A DNA stretch of 64,000 bases from Gemmatimonadota bacterium (GTDB lineage Bacteria; Gemmatimonadota; Gemmatimonadetes; Gemmatimonadales; GWC2-71-9), in NCBI GenBank assembly GCA_036679645.1, contig JAZDCY010000014.1, forward strand, positions 96,001 to 160,000, given 5' to 3'. The position numbers were made by a program, and so were the translations under genes. Shown here piece by piece: positions 1-9,722 of the stretch (the first letter of the stretch is position 1; every line of letters begins with the position of its first letter). The notes below the pieces were generated by a model. It had not been told where the DNA came from. It worked only from the letters and a program-made list of their open reading frames with translations, and made no database searches.

Positions 1-284
1 ACGAACGGCATCACGTAGAAAACCGTCCCGTCCACTTCGCCCGAGTCGTGCAAGGGCAGGATATGCGGATGCTGCAGATTCGCGGTGGTCTTGATCTCGG
101 CGAGGAACCGGTCGGCCCCGATTACCGCGGCGAGTTCGGGCCGCAGCACCTTGAGCGCCACGTTGCGATCGTGCTTGACGTCGTGTGCGAGATAGACGGT
201 GGCCATTCCACCTGCGCCGAGTTCGCGATCGATCTTGTAACGATCGGCGATCGCTGCAGATAGGCGTTCCATTGCTTCGCTCAT
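1..284 (-). CDS. Ser/Thr protein kinase, N-terminal part (runs off the window start)
   Basis: Manual translation gives MSEAMERLSAAIADRYKIDRELGAGGMATVYLAHDVKHDRNVALKVLRPELAAVIGADRFLAEIKTTANLQHPHILPLHDSGE, containing the Gly-rich loop and VALK lysine. Confidence 0.93.
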   Translation of the reverse strand, partial: MSEAMERLSAAIADRYKIDRELGAGGMATVYLAHDVKHDRNVALKVLRPELAAVIGADRFLAEIKTTANLQHPHILPLHDSGEVDGTVFYVMPF

Positions 285-335
285 GTCACCATGAAAGGCA
301 GAGGAATTGCAGATTACTGAAATCGGCGGCGATGT

Positions 336-740
336 TCACGCGTCAGGCTCCGTTCGCACAATTCCCTTGATCAAATCGAAGTCCCGGTCATAGCTGCATA
401 CCGCCTCGAGACCCTCCGCCATGACGACCGCGGCGTGCAGCGCGTCGCGCGCCATGATCTGAAGATCGCTGTCGAGCAAGCGCCGCGCACGATCGAGAAC
501 GTTGGCGGTCACCGGGACGACCGCGGGGAAGATCTGCCGGGTGAAACCGAACACGCGGCGCCCGTCATCCCAGCGCCCGATGGCCCGGTACCGATGCAAG
601 ATCTCTTGCAGCACCTCGGCGTCAATCGTGGCCTCCACCTCACCACCGGCCACCCGCTCGAGCAACGCGACGCTCGGCCCCTTGTGAGGGTGGTCTGCAC
701 CGGCCGCGTACATGATGACGTTTGTGTCGACGAGGATCAC
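336..740 (-). CDS. vapC: VapC-family PIN-domain toxin
   Basis: MILVDTNV...E...RDALHAA...SYDRDFD acidic PIN motifs; overlaps the upstream small gene. Confidence 0.92.
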   Translation of the reverse strand: MILVDTNVIMYAAGADHPHKGPSVALLERVAGGEVEATIDAEVLQEILHRYRAIGRWDDGRRVFGFTRQIFPAVVPVTANVLDRARRLLDSDLQIMARDALHAAVVMAEGLEAVCSYDRDFDLIKGIVRTEPDA

Positions 741-1000
741 GGCAGGAGCGAGTCCGGGTCGGGCTGCGATTCGCGCTTCAATTGACCTGGCGAGCCGACG
801 GGCAAGTCGAGCGCCGCCAGCGCGCCGACCGCTTCGAGCCGAGCTGCACTGCCGATCACGCCGTAGCGCACCTCGCAGGCCTCGCGCACTAGTTCACCGA
901 GGCTCACGCCGCGCCGCGCCGCCAGTTGAGAAAGCCGCGTATGCAATTCGGGAGAGAAAAGGATGGTCGTCTTTTTGGAAAGCTCCATATCCACCTCCAT
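737..1000 (-). CDS. Ribbon-helix-helix (CopG-like) antitoxin; alternative start at 988
   Basis: KKTTILFSPELHTRLSQLAARRGVSLGELVREA RHH pattern; 4-bp overlap with vapC. Confidence 0.85.
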   Translation of the reverse strand: MEVDMELSKKTTILFSPELHTRLSQLAARRGVSLGELVREACEVRYGVIGSAARLEAVGALAALDLPVGSPGQLKRESQPDPDSLLP

Positions 1001-1034
1001 ATATGGAGAATATCGCGCGTGATTCTGAGGTCAA
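983..1034 (-). promoter_or_regulatory. Sigma70-like promoter with palindromic operator for vapBC-1
   Basis: TTGACC (1029-1034), 16-nt spacer, TATTCT (1007-1012), 6 nt, then ATG; perfect 14-bp palindrome CTCCATATATGGAG at 995-1008. Confidence 0.7.
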
Positions 1035-1194
1035 GGCGTTGACGTCCGGATCGCGGCGCCGCCAAGAAGCACATACGGGACTAGACTAGTCTCAATTGTA
1101 CCCGGCGGATACCTTTTCCCCCCTCTGAGCAACCACCCCAAGGACGTAGCAGAGCATAGACGGCAACTCAGGTACCCACTCTTCGGAGGACTTC

Positions 1195-1956
1195 ATGCGC
1201 ACCAAGACGCTGCTCTTTACCGCCCTCGCGGCCGCGGCGTTCGCCGCAGGCAGTCAGGCCCTTGCCGCGCAGCAGACTGTCGCGCGGCTCTACGTGATCA
1301 AGCCTCAACCCGGACATGAGGTGCTGTTCGAAGCGGCGCTTGCCGAGCATGCGGAGTGGCGACGCCAGAACAACGACCCGTGGAGCTGGAGTGTGGCCCA
1401 AGTAGTGGCCGGCAACGACCTCGGGCTGTGGCACATCCGATCAGGCGAACATCAGTGGGCCGACTTCGACGGCTACGACGCGGGGTTCGTGCCGGCGGCG
1501 ACCGAGCACTGGATGACCAACGTGAACCCGCACGTGGCGAACGCCGCGAGCATGATCATGACGGGCGACACCACTAACCTTAGGTGGCCGGACGACCCCT
1601 CGGCGGTACGATTCGTGACGCTGATCGACTTCTACCTGAGGCCGGGACAGCAACAGGCTTTCTTCGAGGTGGTTAGCAAGTTCCACGAAGCCATCGTGCA
1701 GACCGACTTCCACGCCTACTACTCGTTCAACTGGTCGGTTGCAGGTGGCCCTGGCGACATGATCAGACTAGTTCTGCCGTACGAAAACTGGGCGGACATG
1801 GCTCCGCCGGAGACGACAATGGCCGCCATGCTTGCGGAGGTGTATGGACCGGAAGAGGCCCAGGCCATGAACGAGCGGTTCAGCAACACGTTACGACGTA
1901 GCCAGACGACGGTCCTCATGATACGGCCCGACTTGTCGGTCAATATGGAGATGTAG
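1195..1956 (+). CDS. Secreted protein with two dimeric alpha/beta-barrel (NIPSNAP/ABM-like) repeats
   Basis: Signal peptide; two similar halves (IKPQPGHEVLFE and YLRPGQQQAFFE), C-terminal RPDLS; GGAGG RBS upstream. Confidence 0.6.
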   Translation: MRTKTLLFTALAAAAFAAGSQALAAQQTVARLYVIKPQPGHEVLFEAALAEHAEWRRQNNDPWSWSVAQVVAGNDLGLWHIRSGEHQWADFDGYDAGFVPAATEHWMTNVNPHVANAASMIMTGDTTNLRWPDDPSAVRFVTLIDFYLRPGQQQAFFEVVSKFHEAIVQTDFHAYYSFNWSVAGGPGDMIRLVLPYENWADMAPPETTMAAMLAEVYGPEEAQAMNERFSNTLRRSQTTVLMIRPDLSVNMEM

Positions 1957-2053
1957 CCTCACGTCACTCAGTAGCGAATCCACAGGAACGCATCGAGCCC
2001 GGCTGCAGCGCGAGCCGGGCTCGAGAATCCCTTAGCGGTTCCGATGACCCGCG

Positions 2054-2296
2054 CTATTGCCCGTCGCGGCGGTTTCATGGTGGAACGAGATGATTCATAC
2101 GCGCGTACGCGATCGACTGGCCGAGGTGCTCGTGCATATCGTTGGCCATCAGGTCGATCGCCGTGCCGAGGTCGACCTCGCGACCGAAGAACTCGACATG
2201 CCGCGCGAAGGTCCTCGTCGGTCAGACCTCTTACGAGATCCAGGAGGTGCGCTCGATCAGGACTTCGTAACGGCGGGATTCGAACTCCTGGCATAG
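2054..2296. pseudogene. Fused remnant: 3' part of a DinB paralog (- strand) joined to the 3' tail of a vapC (+ strand)
   Basis: 2054-2250 aligns to 7330-7525, with a TGG to TGA stop and a 1-nt insertion; 2250-2296 aligns to about 9643-9689 (DQDFVTAGFELL). Confidence 0.85.
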
Positions 2297-2326
2297 GGAC
2301 GGAACGCATCGCCTTCCCCGCCACCC

Positions 2327-3988
2327 TCACCGCTGGATTCCCGACGTCACTTCACGCGCGATGACGTAGTAGTCTGGATCGAGCGCGAGCGTGGCCACAT
2401 CGGCAAGGTCGTGTGCCACAACCTGCCAGTCCTCGGTCGGGCGAATCACGGTGAAGCCGTCGCGTGACAGGGTCACGCCGACCTGCATGTCGAATCCCGG
2501 CACGACCTCGGCCCAGCGGTACCGCACCGACCCGTACTCGATCGTGTATTCCAGAACCGGGATCTGGACAGTCCGAAGATACTGATTGAAAATCCTGGAC
2601 AGATCTACGCCGGCCTCGCGGGAGATGTACTCCTCGACTTGCCATCCCATGACGGTCTGCCGCCCGAAAGTCGCGTTCAGGCCGCGCAGGATCCCGCGCC
2701 ACCGTTCGTCGTCGTCAACGATCTGGCGGATCGTGTGCAGCATGTTGCCGCCCTTGGGATACATATCGCCCGAACCTTGTGCGTTGACGTTGTACGCCGG
2801 CACGATGGGCCGGTCATTCCTGATCCCACTGCGCGTCCCGATGACGTAGCGCGCACCTGCTTCCTTCCCAAACAGGCACTCGGTATAGAGGTTCTCGGAA
2901 TAATTCGCAAAACTCTCGTGCACCCACATGTCGGCGAGATCTTTCGTCGTGATGTTGTTGCCGAACCACTCGTGTGCGCTCTCGTGCACAATGATGAAGT
3001 CCCAGCGCATGCCGAGTCCGGTTCCGGAGGCGTCCCGACCCTGGTAGCCGTTGGCGTACCGGTTACCGTAGGCGATCGCGCTCTGATGTTCCATGCCGTT
3101 GTTCGGCACCTCCACCAGCTTGTAGCCGTCCTCGTACCAGGGATAGGGCCCGAACCAGTGCTCGAAGCATTGCAGCAGCGTCTTCGCCTGGGGGAACTGC
3201 CGTCGCGCTGCGTCAAGGTGATAGTCGAGCGGCCAGAAGTCGAGCGTCAGGTCGCCTTTCTCGCCTAGGAACACGTCGCTGTAGTGCGCGTAGTGCCCAG
3301 CGGCGACGGCAACGGCGTAGTTGTTGATGGGATTCACCACGAACCATTCGTAGGTGGTAGTGCCGTCTGCGTGGGGAGTGGTGCTTCTGAGGCGCCCATT
3401 GGATACGTCGATCATCTGGCCGGGGACGGTGAGCGCGACGCGCTGGCTGTCGGGCTCGTCGGCCTGGGTGTCCTTGTTGGGCCACCACACGCTGGCGCCC
3501 ATCCCCTGGTCGGTCGTGACCACCCATGTCCGGCCCAGACTGTCCGCTGCCCAGCTGAACCCGCCCTGCCAAGGTGGGCGCACGGCAGCGTGGGGCTTCC
3601 CGTGGTAGTAGATCGTGATAGTCTCGTACGCCCCGGCCCGGCGCGGTTCCGGGAACGTCGCGAAGTAGGCGTTTCCGTCGCGGTGAAACGCCACCAGTTG
3701 GCCACTGTGCACCATGCTGTCGACGATCAATGGCTCCATCAGGTCGATTTGCATCTCACGGCCAGGCTGGAGCACGCGGTAGGTGATTCCGTTGTGGCCG
3801 CGGATGCTGCTATCGGCTGGGTTGATCGACACGTGGAGGTCGTAGAACGTCACGTCCCACCAGACCCGACCGGGCGTCGAGAACGAGCCGCGCAGCGTAT
3901 CCGCGTGGGTCCATGTCTCCGACGTCTGTGCACGAGCCTGAACGAGCGGGGCGAGGGCGAGCGCGATGGCGATCACACGTGGTCGCAT
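2327..3988 (-). CDS. Secreted M1-family zinc aminopeptidase
   Basis: Signal peptide MRPRVIAIALALAPLVQARA; GMEHQ and HESAHEWFG...E motifs. Confidence 0.92.
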   Translation of the reverse strand: MRPRVIAIALALAPLVQARAQTSETWTHADTLRGSFSTPGRVWWDVTFYDLHVSINPADSSIRGHNGITYRVLQPGREMQIDLMEPLIVDSMVHSGQLVAFHRDGNAYFATFPEPRRAGAYETITIYYHGKPHAAVRPPWQGGFSWAADSLGRTWVVTTDQGMGASVWWPNKDTQADEPDSQRVALTVPGQMIDVSNGRLRSTTPHADGTTTYEWFVVNPINNYAVAVAAGHYAHYSDVFLGEKGDLTLDFWPLDYHLDAARRQFPQAKTLLQCFEHWFGPYPWYEDGYKLVEVPNNGMEHQSAIAYGNRYANGYQGRDASGTGLGMRWDFIIVHESAHEWFGNNITTKDLADMWVHESFANYSENLYTECLFGKEAGARYVIGTRSGIRNDRPIVPAYNVNAQGSGDMYPKGGNMLHTIRQIVDDDERWRGILRGLNATFGRQTVMGWQVEEYISREAGVDLSRIFNQYLRTVQIPVLEYTIEYGSVRYRWAEVVPGFDMQVGVTLSRDGFTVIRPTEDWQVVAHDLADVATLALDPDYYVIAREVTSGIQR

Positions 3989-4001
3989 GCGGAAAGGACG
4001 C

Positions 4002-4843
4002 CTATCGCAACCGGCGGAGTTCGGCTTCAGCGGCGATGAATCCGAACGCGGGCCACCCGCCCGAACGCACCGAGCGCTCGAACCACTCGCGGGCCCGCGC
4101 CGTATCGCCCTGCAACAGGTACCAATTGCCAACTCCGTAGCTCAGCGTCGCCACCGCGACGTCGCCCGTGTCGGCCGGCGTGAGGACCTCGTCCGGACCG
4201 ATCAGTCCGCGATACAACCTGATGCGCTGCACGTACGCGTTCTCCACCGGCAACGAGTCGCCTTCCACCGCGAGCATCGCGTTCGCTTCGTCGGACCGCC
4301 CGGCTCGCGACAGCGACATCCACAGCCAATCGATGGAGCCCGCACGCTCGCCGCCGCCACCCAGTGCAATCGGGAGCGCGCGGGCAAACAATTCCGCCGC
4401 GCTCGAGAACTCCCCAGTTACGAATCGGACAATCCCCAGATGGTAGAGCACGCCGTAGTTGGTGGGATCGAGCGCGAGCCCACGGTCCAGGTCCGCGCGC
4501 GCGAGGTCGAGTTCGCGAACCGACAGGTGGCGGTGGCCACGCCAACGATACAGCACCGGGTTGTCGGGCTCAATCTCGAGACCGCGGGTAAACGTGGCGA
4601 TCGCCTCCTGGTATTGCCGGATTCCGGACTGCGCAAGACCGAGTGCAATAATGCGTTCGACGTTGCGCGGAGCGGCGGCCAACGCGGACTTGGCGTGGGC
4701 CACGGCCCCCGTGTCAGGTAACGAGACGTACGCAACGCCGGCCGGAGAACGATACTGCGTCGTCGGCCGACCGTGATCGTCGGCCCGAGGAGGGCCAAGG
4801 CAAAAAACGTCGTCAGGGTCGTGATCGCATGGCGTGCGCGCAT
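4002..4843 (-). pseudogene. Secreted TPR-repeat protein split by a 1-nt frameshift near 4768 (real or a sequencing error)
   Basis: Signal peptide (MRARHAITTLTTFFALALLG) lies in one frame and the TPR body in another; GGC CG ACG ACG CAG TAT is one base short of an in-frame G-x-T-T-Q-Y. Confidence 0.75.
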
Positions 4844-5059
4844 CCAGCCAGCTCCGGTAACGGGGTCCCTAATGTGATGCTGAGGTACGCCGAGCGGAAC
4901 CGCATACCGGAGCCATGGCGGGAGGTCCGTCTATCGGCCGCTCGCGCCGCTCCCTAGCTTAGAGGGCGCTCGCGATAACTCGATCACATCCAACCGCCAC
5001 GTTTAAGGCTATCGAGGCGACCCCGGGCGACAACTGACTTGGACTGACGCCCGAACCCG

Positions 5060-6361
5060 ATGACCGAACCGAGTCCACCGCCTTCGGGCTCCCCCGACCA
5101 GGGGTTGCGACACGCCGCCGCCGCGGTGCTTGCCGGCGAGAGCCGTCACGGGTTCTTTCGGCGGCTGCTGCCGTTCCTGGGACCGGCCTTCATCGCCAGC
5201 GTTGCCTACATCGACCCGGGCAACTTCGCGACGAACATCCAGGGCGGTGCCCGGTTCGGCTACACGCTCTTGTGGGTGGTGGTCGCCAGCAATATGATGG
5301 CGATGCTGCTCCAGGCGCTCTCCGCCAAGCTCGGCATTGCGAGTCGGCGCAATCTCGCCGAGCTGTGTCGCGAGCATTTCCCCCGATGGCTGACGCTCAC
5401 CATGTGGGTGATCATGGAGCTGGTCGCCATGGCGACCGACCTAGCCGAGTTCCTCGGCGCCGCGGTAGGCTTCAACCTCCTGTTTGGCGTTCCCCTGTGG
5501 GCGGCCGGCCTTGCCACCGCCGTCGTGACGATTCTGATCCTCGGTCTCGAGCGGTTCGGTTTCCGGCCTATCGAGGCCGTGATCGCCGCGTTCGTGGGAG
5601 TGGTGGGGATCAGTTATGTCATCGAGACCCTGCTCGACCACCCGGACTGGGGCGCCCTCCTTGGCGGCGCCGTGACGCCGCGGTTTGCAGGTCCAGAGAG
5701 CGTACTCCTCGCCACCGGGATACTGGGCGCCACGGTCATGCCGCACGTGATCTTCCTGCACTCGGCGCTCACGCAGCGACGGGTGATGGTGGAGGGAGCC
5801 ACACGCCTCAAAAGCCTGTTCCGGTTCCAGTTGATTGACGTGGGTGTGGCGATGACCATCGCCGGTATCGTCAACGGCGCGATGCTGGTCATGGCGGCGG
5901 CGACCTTCTACCGGACAGGCCTCACGGATATTGGGACCATCGAGGAGGCTCACCGCACTCTGACACCGCTGCTGGGCGGCGCTGCGTCCACGGTATTCGC
6001 GGTTTCCCTCCTTGCGTCCGGCCTTTCTTCGGCGTCGGTCGGAACGATGTCCGGTCAGGTCATCATGCAGGGCTTCCTGCGCCGACGCATTCCCGTGTGG
6101 GTACGCCGTCTGGTGACGATGGCACCGTCCCTCGTGGTGATCGCGATTGGCCTGGACCCGACGCGCACGCTCGTGATCAGTCAGGTCGTTCTGAGCTTCG
6201 GGTTGCCGTTCGCCGTGGTGCCGCTCGTCCTCTTTACCAGCCGGCGTGCAGTGATGGGACCACTCGTGAACCATCGGATCACAACCGTCATCACGTGGAT
6301 CGTGACCGGCCTGATCGTCGGTCTCAATATGTTCTTACTCGTCGACCTGCTCGCGGGATAA
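5060..6361 (+). CDS. mntH: Nramp-family divalent metal (Mn2+) transporter
   Basis: AYIDPGNFATN and GATVMPHVIFLHS signatures. Confidence 0.95.
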   Translation: MTEPSPPPSGSPDQGLRHAAAAVLAGESRHGFFRRLLPFLGPAFIASVAYIDPGNFATNIQGGARFGYTLLWVVVASNMMAMLLQALSAKLGIASRRNLAELCREHFPRWLTLTMWVIMELVAMATDLAEFLGAAVGFNLLFGVPLWAAGLATAVVTILILGLERFGFRPIEAVIAAFVGVVGISYVIETLLDHPDWGALLGGAVTPRFAGPESVLLATGILGATVMPHVIFLHSALTQRRVMVEGATRLKSLFRFQLIDVGVAMTIAGIVNGAMLVMAAATFYRTGLTDIGTIEEAHRTLTPLLGGAASTVFAVSLLASGLSSASVGTMSGQVIMQGFLRRRIPVWVRRLVTMAPSLVVIAIGLDPTRTLVISQVVLSFGLPFAVVPLVLFTSRRAVMGPLVNHRITTVITWIVTGLIVGLNMFLLVDLLAG

Positions 6362-6364
6362 CCC

Positions 6365-7270
6365 ATGTTTCGACACCTGCTGGTCCCGCTCGACGGCTCC
6401 AATGTCGCGGAACGTGTCCTCCCGGCGGCAGCGGCCCTCGCCAGCCACCTTGGCGCCCGAACGACGTTGCTCCATGTGATCGAGCGAGATGCACCGAGCG
6501 CCGTGCACGGCGATGCGCACATCACGGACGGCGCCGAGGCAGAAGCCTATCTCATGGGGTGTGCACAGCAAGCCTTTTCTGGGACCGTCGTGGTCGCGCG
6601 ACATGTGCATGCAACCGCTGAATCGAACGTCGCGCAGAGCATCGCGGACCACGCGGTGGAGCTGTCGGCTGATCTGGTCATCCTGTGCACACACGGGAGC
6701 CGCGGGCTGCGGCATCGGCTGTTCGGGAGCGTGGCGCAGGCGGTTGCCGGTGCCGGCGCCGGACCGGTGCTCCTGATCCCACCGGAAGGGATCGGCGAGC
6801 ACTGGTGGCCGGTTCGTCGCATTCTGGTTGCGGTCGACGGCCGGCCCGAGCATGCGCGGGCGGTACCGCTCGCCGTGGAGTGCGCGAGCGCATGCACAGC
6901 GTCGCTTCGATTGCTGTGGGTGGTGCCGACGCTTGGCACGCTGACGCCCGAGCACGCCGCCTCCGGCCAGCGGCTTCCGGGAACGACAGCAGCGCTGTTG
7001 GAGTTGGAGCGGGAAGAAGCCTACGCGGCCGCGCGCAAGGAACTGGCCGGCGCAGGTGGTGACGACCTGGATACCAGTGTCGTCATCGTGCGGGGGAATC
7101 CGCTCAAGGAGATCCGCAAGGCGGCCGACACGTTCACGGCCGAACTCGTGGTCCTCGGAACGCATGGGAGGAGCGGGTTCGATGCGGTGGCCTCGGGCAG
7201 CGTGGCTCCTCAGCTCGCCGGCCGCGCCCGATGGCCCATCCTGCTCGTACCTATCGCGCGCACGACGTAG
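6365..7270 (+). CDS. Tandem universal stress protein
   Basis: Two Usp domains (LLVPLDGS...CTHGSRG...GSVA and ILVAVDG...GTHGRSG...GSVA). Confidence 0.92.
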   Translation: MFRHLLVPLDGSNVAERVLPAAAALASHLGARTTLLHVIERDAPSAVHGDAHITDGAEAEAYLMGCAQQAFSGTVVVARHVHATAESNVAQSIADHAVELSADLVILCTHGSRGLRHRLFGSVAQAVAGAGAGPVLLIPPEGIGEHWWPVRRILVAVDGRPEHARAVPLAVECASACTASLRLLWVVPTLGTLTPEHAASGQRLPGTTAALLELEREEAYAAARKELAGAGGDDLDTSVVIVRGNPLKEIRKAADTFTAELVVLGTHGRSGFDAVASGSVAPQLAGRARWPILLVPIARTT

Positions 7271-7329
7271 GACGCCCTCCTCGTTCATTCACCCAACACC
7301 CGCGGGTCGCGGCTGAAGCCGCAACCGCA

Positions 7330-7905
7330 CTATTGCCCGTCGCGACGGCTCCACGGCGGAACGATCTCATTGGTGCGCGCGTATGCGATCGCCTGACCAA
7401 GGTGTTCGTGCATGTCGTTCGCCATGAGATCGATGGCGGTACCGAGATCGACCTCACGACCGAAAAAGTTTACGTGCCGCGCACGGTCCTCGTCGGTCAG
7501 ACCACTTACGAGATCCAGCAGGTGCTCGAACGACCGTCGCAACTCCACGATGACTTCGTCCTTGGACAGCTCGGACAGCCGGCTCATCTCACCCCGGAAC
7601 CCCTCACCCGCCCATTCCGCCGAATCGAACCCCCACATGGTCGGAAAGAGCACGCACTCCGCCGCCATCAGCGCCATGACGTCCTGAACCGAACGCACAC
7701 CCTCCATGGGGCGCCACGCGTACGTCTCTTCTGGGAACGCCTCGGCAATGGCGATGAACTTGTCACGCATCTGTTCGAGATCGGCGATCTGCGTCTCGAC
7801 GGCATTCCGGTACTGCGCGCTGGCCGGTCCGGCGGCGGCGATGAGGACCGCCGTCAGAAGGAGCGCTCGGCGGACCCGTCGTCGGCTCGAATGGTACTCG
7901 GTCAT
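7330..7905 (-). CDS. Secreted DinB-family protein
   Basis: Signal peptide; YAWRPMEGVRS and HEHLGQAIAYAR...VPPWS motifs. Confidence 0.85.
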   Translation of the reverse strand: MTEYHSSRRRVRRALLLTAVLIAAAGPASAQYRNAVETQIADLEQMRDKFIAIAEAFPEETYAWRPMEGVRSVQDVMALMAAECVLFPTMWGFDSAEWAGEGFRGEMSRLSELSKDEVIVELRRSFEHLLDLVSGLTDEDRARHVNFFGREVDLGTAIDLMANDMHEHLGQAIAYARTNEIVPPWSRRDGQ

Positions 7906-8130
7906 GGTCTGCTCTCCAGTGGGTATCGGCCGCTCCATCTTACCCACGAGATCACCGACCGATCCAGTCCCCTGGGCTTGGGCAGTCAATGCCCCACGAT
8001 GACCCACTCGACGGAGCGACGACACCGTGTAACACGGCCGTCCTTCCGCACGGCAACCTCCACGTGCAGCTTCATCGAGGCGGCACGGCAGCGTGTCGGT
8101 AGCGTGCGTTCCGGTATCAAGGAGGGAACC

Positions 8131-8925
8131 GTGATCATCTACGGCACCAAGGGTATGCGATCGAAGGACGGGGCGGGGGATTTCTACTGTCCGCAATGCA
8201 GCCGGCCCAGCGAGTACGACGAGTACAAGGTCCGACGCTGGTTTACGCTCTACTTCATCCCGCTCATCCCGATGAACATCGCCGCCCGATACCTCGAGTG
8301 CCGCTCCTGCCTCGGGACCTTCAAGACCGACGCGCGGGACCACGGCCCCGAACACTACGCGGCGGAAACCCAGAAGTTCGAGGCCGAGTTCCACCAGGCA
8401 ATGAAGGGGACCATGATCCTGATGCTGCTCGCCGACGGACGCATCGAACCCCAGGAAATCCAGACCATCCAATCCATCTACGGCCGGCTCACCAACCAGG
8501 AATACGGGGCCGATGCCATCGCCAACGACATCAACGAGCTGCAGAGAAGCGCTCCCGGAATCAAGGACTACCTCGCCGATATCGCTAGCCGACTCAACGA
8601 CAGCGGCAAAGCCATGGTGTACCAAGCCGCCGTCCTCGTCGCACTCGCGGACGGAGACGTCGCGAAGGAGGAAGAAGCGCTACTCAAGTCCACCTCCAAG
8701 GCGCTCGGGCTCCGGCACCCGTCCTACTCGGCAATTCTTCTCATTCTCATGGGCGTGAACTTCACGCTGGCGAGCGTCTGGGGACTCATCTGCTGGACCA
8801 CTGTCATCGTGCCAATCGTGCTGGTCCGGGTGGCTGCGGAGGAGCGAATGCTCGTCGAGGGCTTCGGCGATTCCTACCTGGAGTACAGGGGTCACACCGA
8901 GAGGCTGATCCCGGCCGTGTTTTGA
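8131..8925 (+). CDS. Zinc-ribbon + TerB-like protein fused in frame to the C-terminal half of an ICMT/Ste14-type methyltransferase
   Basis: GGAGG RBS and GTG start; CPQC...WFTLYFIPLIP...CRSC; LADGRIEPQE...LADGDVAKEE (TerB); RHPSY...EERML...FG..Y..Y...LIP (ICMT). Confidence 0.78.
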   Translation: MIIYGTKGMRSKDGAGDFYCPQCSRPSEYDEYKVRRWFTLYFIPLIPMNIAARYLECRSCLGTFKTDARDHGPEHYAAETQKFEAEFHQAMKGTMILMLLADGRIEPQEIQTIQSIYGRLTNQEYGADAIANDINELQRSAPGIKDYLADIASRLNDSGKAMVYQAAVLVALADGDVAKEEEALLKSTSKALGLRHPSYSAILLILMGVNFTLASVWGLICWTTVIVPIVLVRVAAEERMLVEGFGDSYLEYRGHTERLIPAVF

Positions 8926-8949
8926 GCATTTTGCCCGGGCCAGGCAGAT

Positions 8950-8995
8950 TACATGTATAAGTTACATTGACGAATGTTCTCAGTACATGTAGATT
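8950..8995 (+). promoter_or_regulatory. Sigma70-like promoter with TACATGTA operator palindromes for vapBC-2
   Basis: TTGACG (8967-8972), 17-nt spacer, TAGATT (8990-8995), 6 nt, ATG at 9002; TACATGTA at 8950-8957 and 8984-8991. Confidence 0.75.
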
Positions 8996-9001
8996 GGTCG
9001 G

Positions 9002-9298
9002 ATGGGAAAGCGCCCATCCAAACGCGTCAAGGAGCCGGTCCAGGTCTATCTGGACGGGGCCGATCGCGACCTCTTGAAGGCCCTCGCGGAAAAGACGGGT
9101 TTGACCAAAGCCGAATTGCTGCGGCGCGGTCTCCGACAGCTCGCGGCCGGTGAGCTGGCAGAGAAGCCTCCCGGCTGGTCACTCGAGGCACTCGCGGGGC
9201 TAATCGTCGGCGGACCGGCCGACCTCTCAACTCGGCACGACGACTACCTCGCCGACGCCATAGAGGAGAAAAAGGGTGCCGGGGCGCGCTCTCGCTGA
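9002..9298 (+). CDS. RHH/CopG antitoxin
   Basis: PVQVYLDGADRDLLKALAEKTGLTKAELLRRGL; C-terminal DLSTRHDDYL; lies upstream of a PIN gene. Confidence 0.85.
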   Translation: MGKRPSKRVKEPVQVYLDGADRDLLKALAEKTGLTKAELLRRGLRQLAAGELAEKPPGWSLEALAGLIVGGPADLSTRHDDYLADAIEEKKGAGARSR

Positions 9299-9689
9299 CA
9301 CAAGCGCGCTGTTGGCGCTCGCGGCACGCGACGATCAGTATCATCAGCGCGCGCATCAAGTCGCGACAGGCTTCATTGCGGCTGGCGGCCGGTTGGTCGG
9401 AACCGCACTCATCCTCGCAGAGCTGCACACGCTTCTGCTCCGTCGTACGGAGCCTATGGTGGCGCGTTCCGCACTAACTGCCCTTCTCGCAGACCCCGCC
9501 TATCAATGGCTGGATGTTCCCGTCGCACTGGAGCAGGCCGCTATGGATTCCTGGCTGGCTCGCTTCCAAGACCAGCGCTTCTCCCTCACCGACGCCGTGA
9601 GCTTCGAGGTGATGCGGCGCGAGCACATTCGCCACGCGTTCGCGTTCGATCAGGACTTCGTAACGGCGGGATTCGAGCTACTGGGATAG
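9276..9689 (+). CDS. vapC: VapC-family PIN toxin
   Basis: ADTSALLAL...AELHT...FSLTDAVSF...FAFDQDF. Confidence 0.92.
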   Translation: MPGRALADTSALLALAARDDQYHQRAHQVATGFIAAGGRLVGTALILAELHTLLLRRTEPMVARSALTALLADPAYQWLDVPVALEQAAMDSWLARFQDQRFSLTDAVSFEVMRREHIRHAFAFDQDFVTAGFELLG

Positions 9690-9722
9690 GCGGGGCGCCC
9701 CCCCGGTCCCCCCCCACCCCGT

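Noticed and set aside
1968..2050. Possible C-terminal gene remnant (...GLDAFLWIRY) on the - strand
   Set aside because: Too short to assign to any family.
4844..5059. Mn-responsive riboswitch or MntR box upstream of mntH
   Set aside because: No convincing consensus or palindrome was found.
7231..8130. 5' extension making a 564-aa ORF at 7231-8925, and the 431-aa version of 7330-8625
   Set aside because: Each extension is the antisense of the other real gene; the RBS and domain starts support 8131 (+) and 7905 (-).
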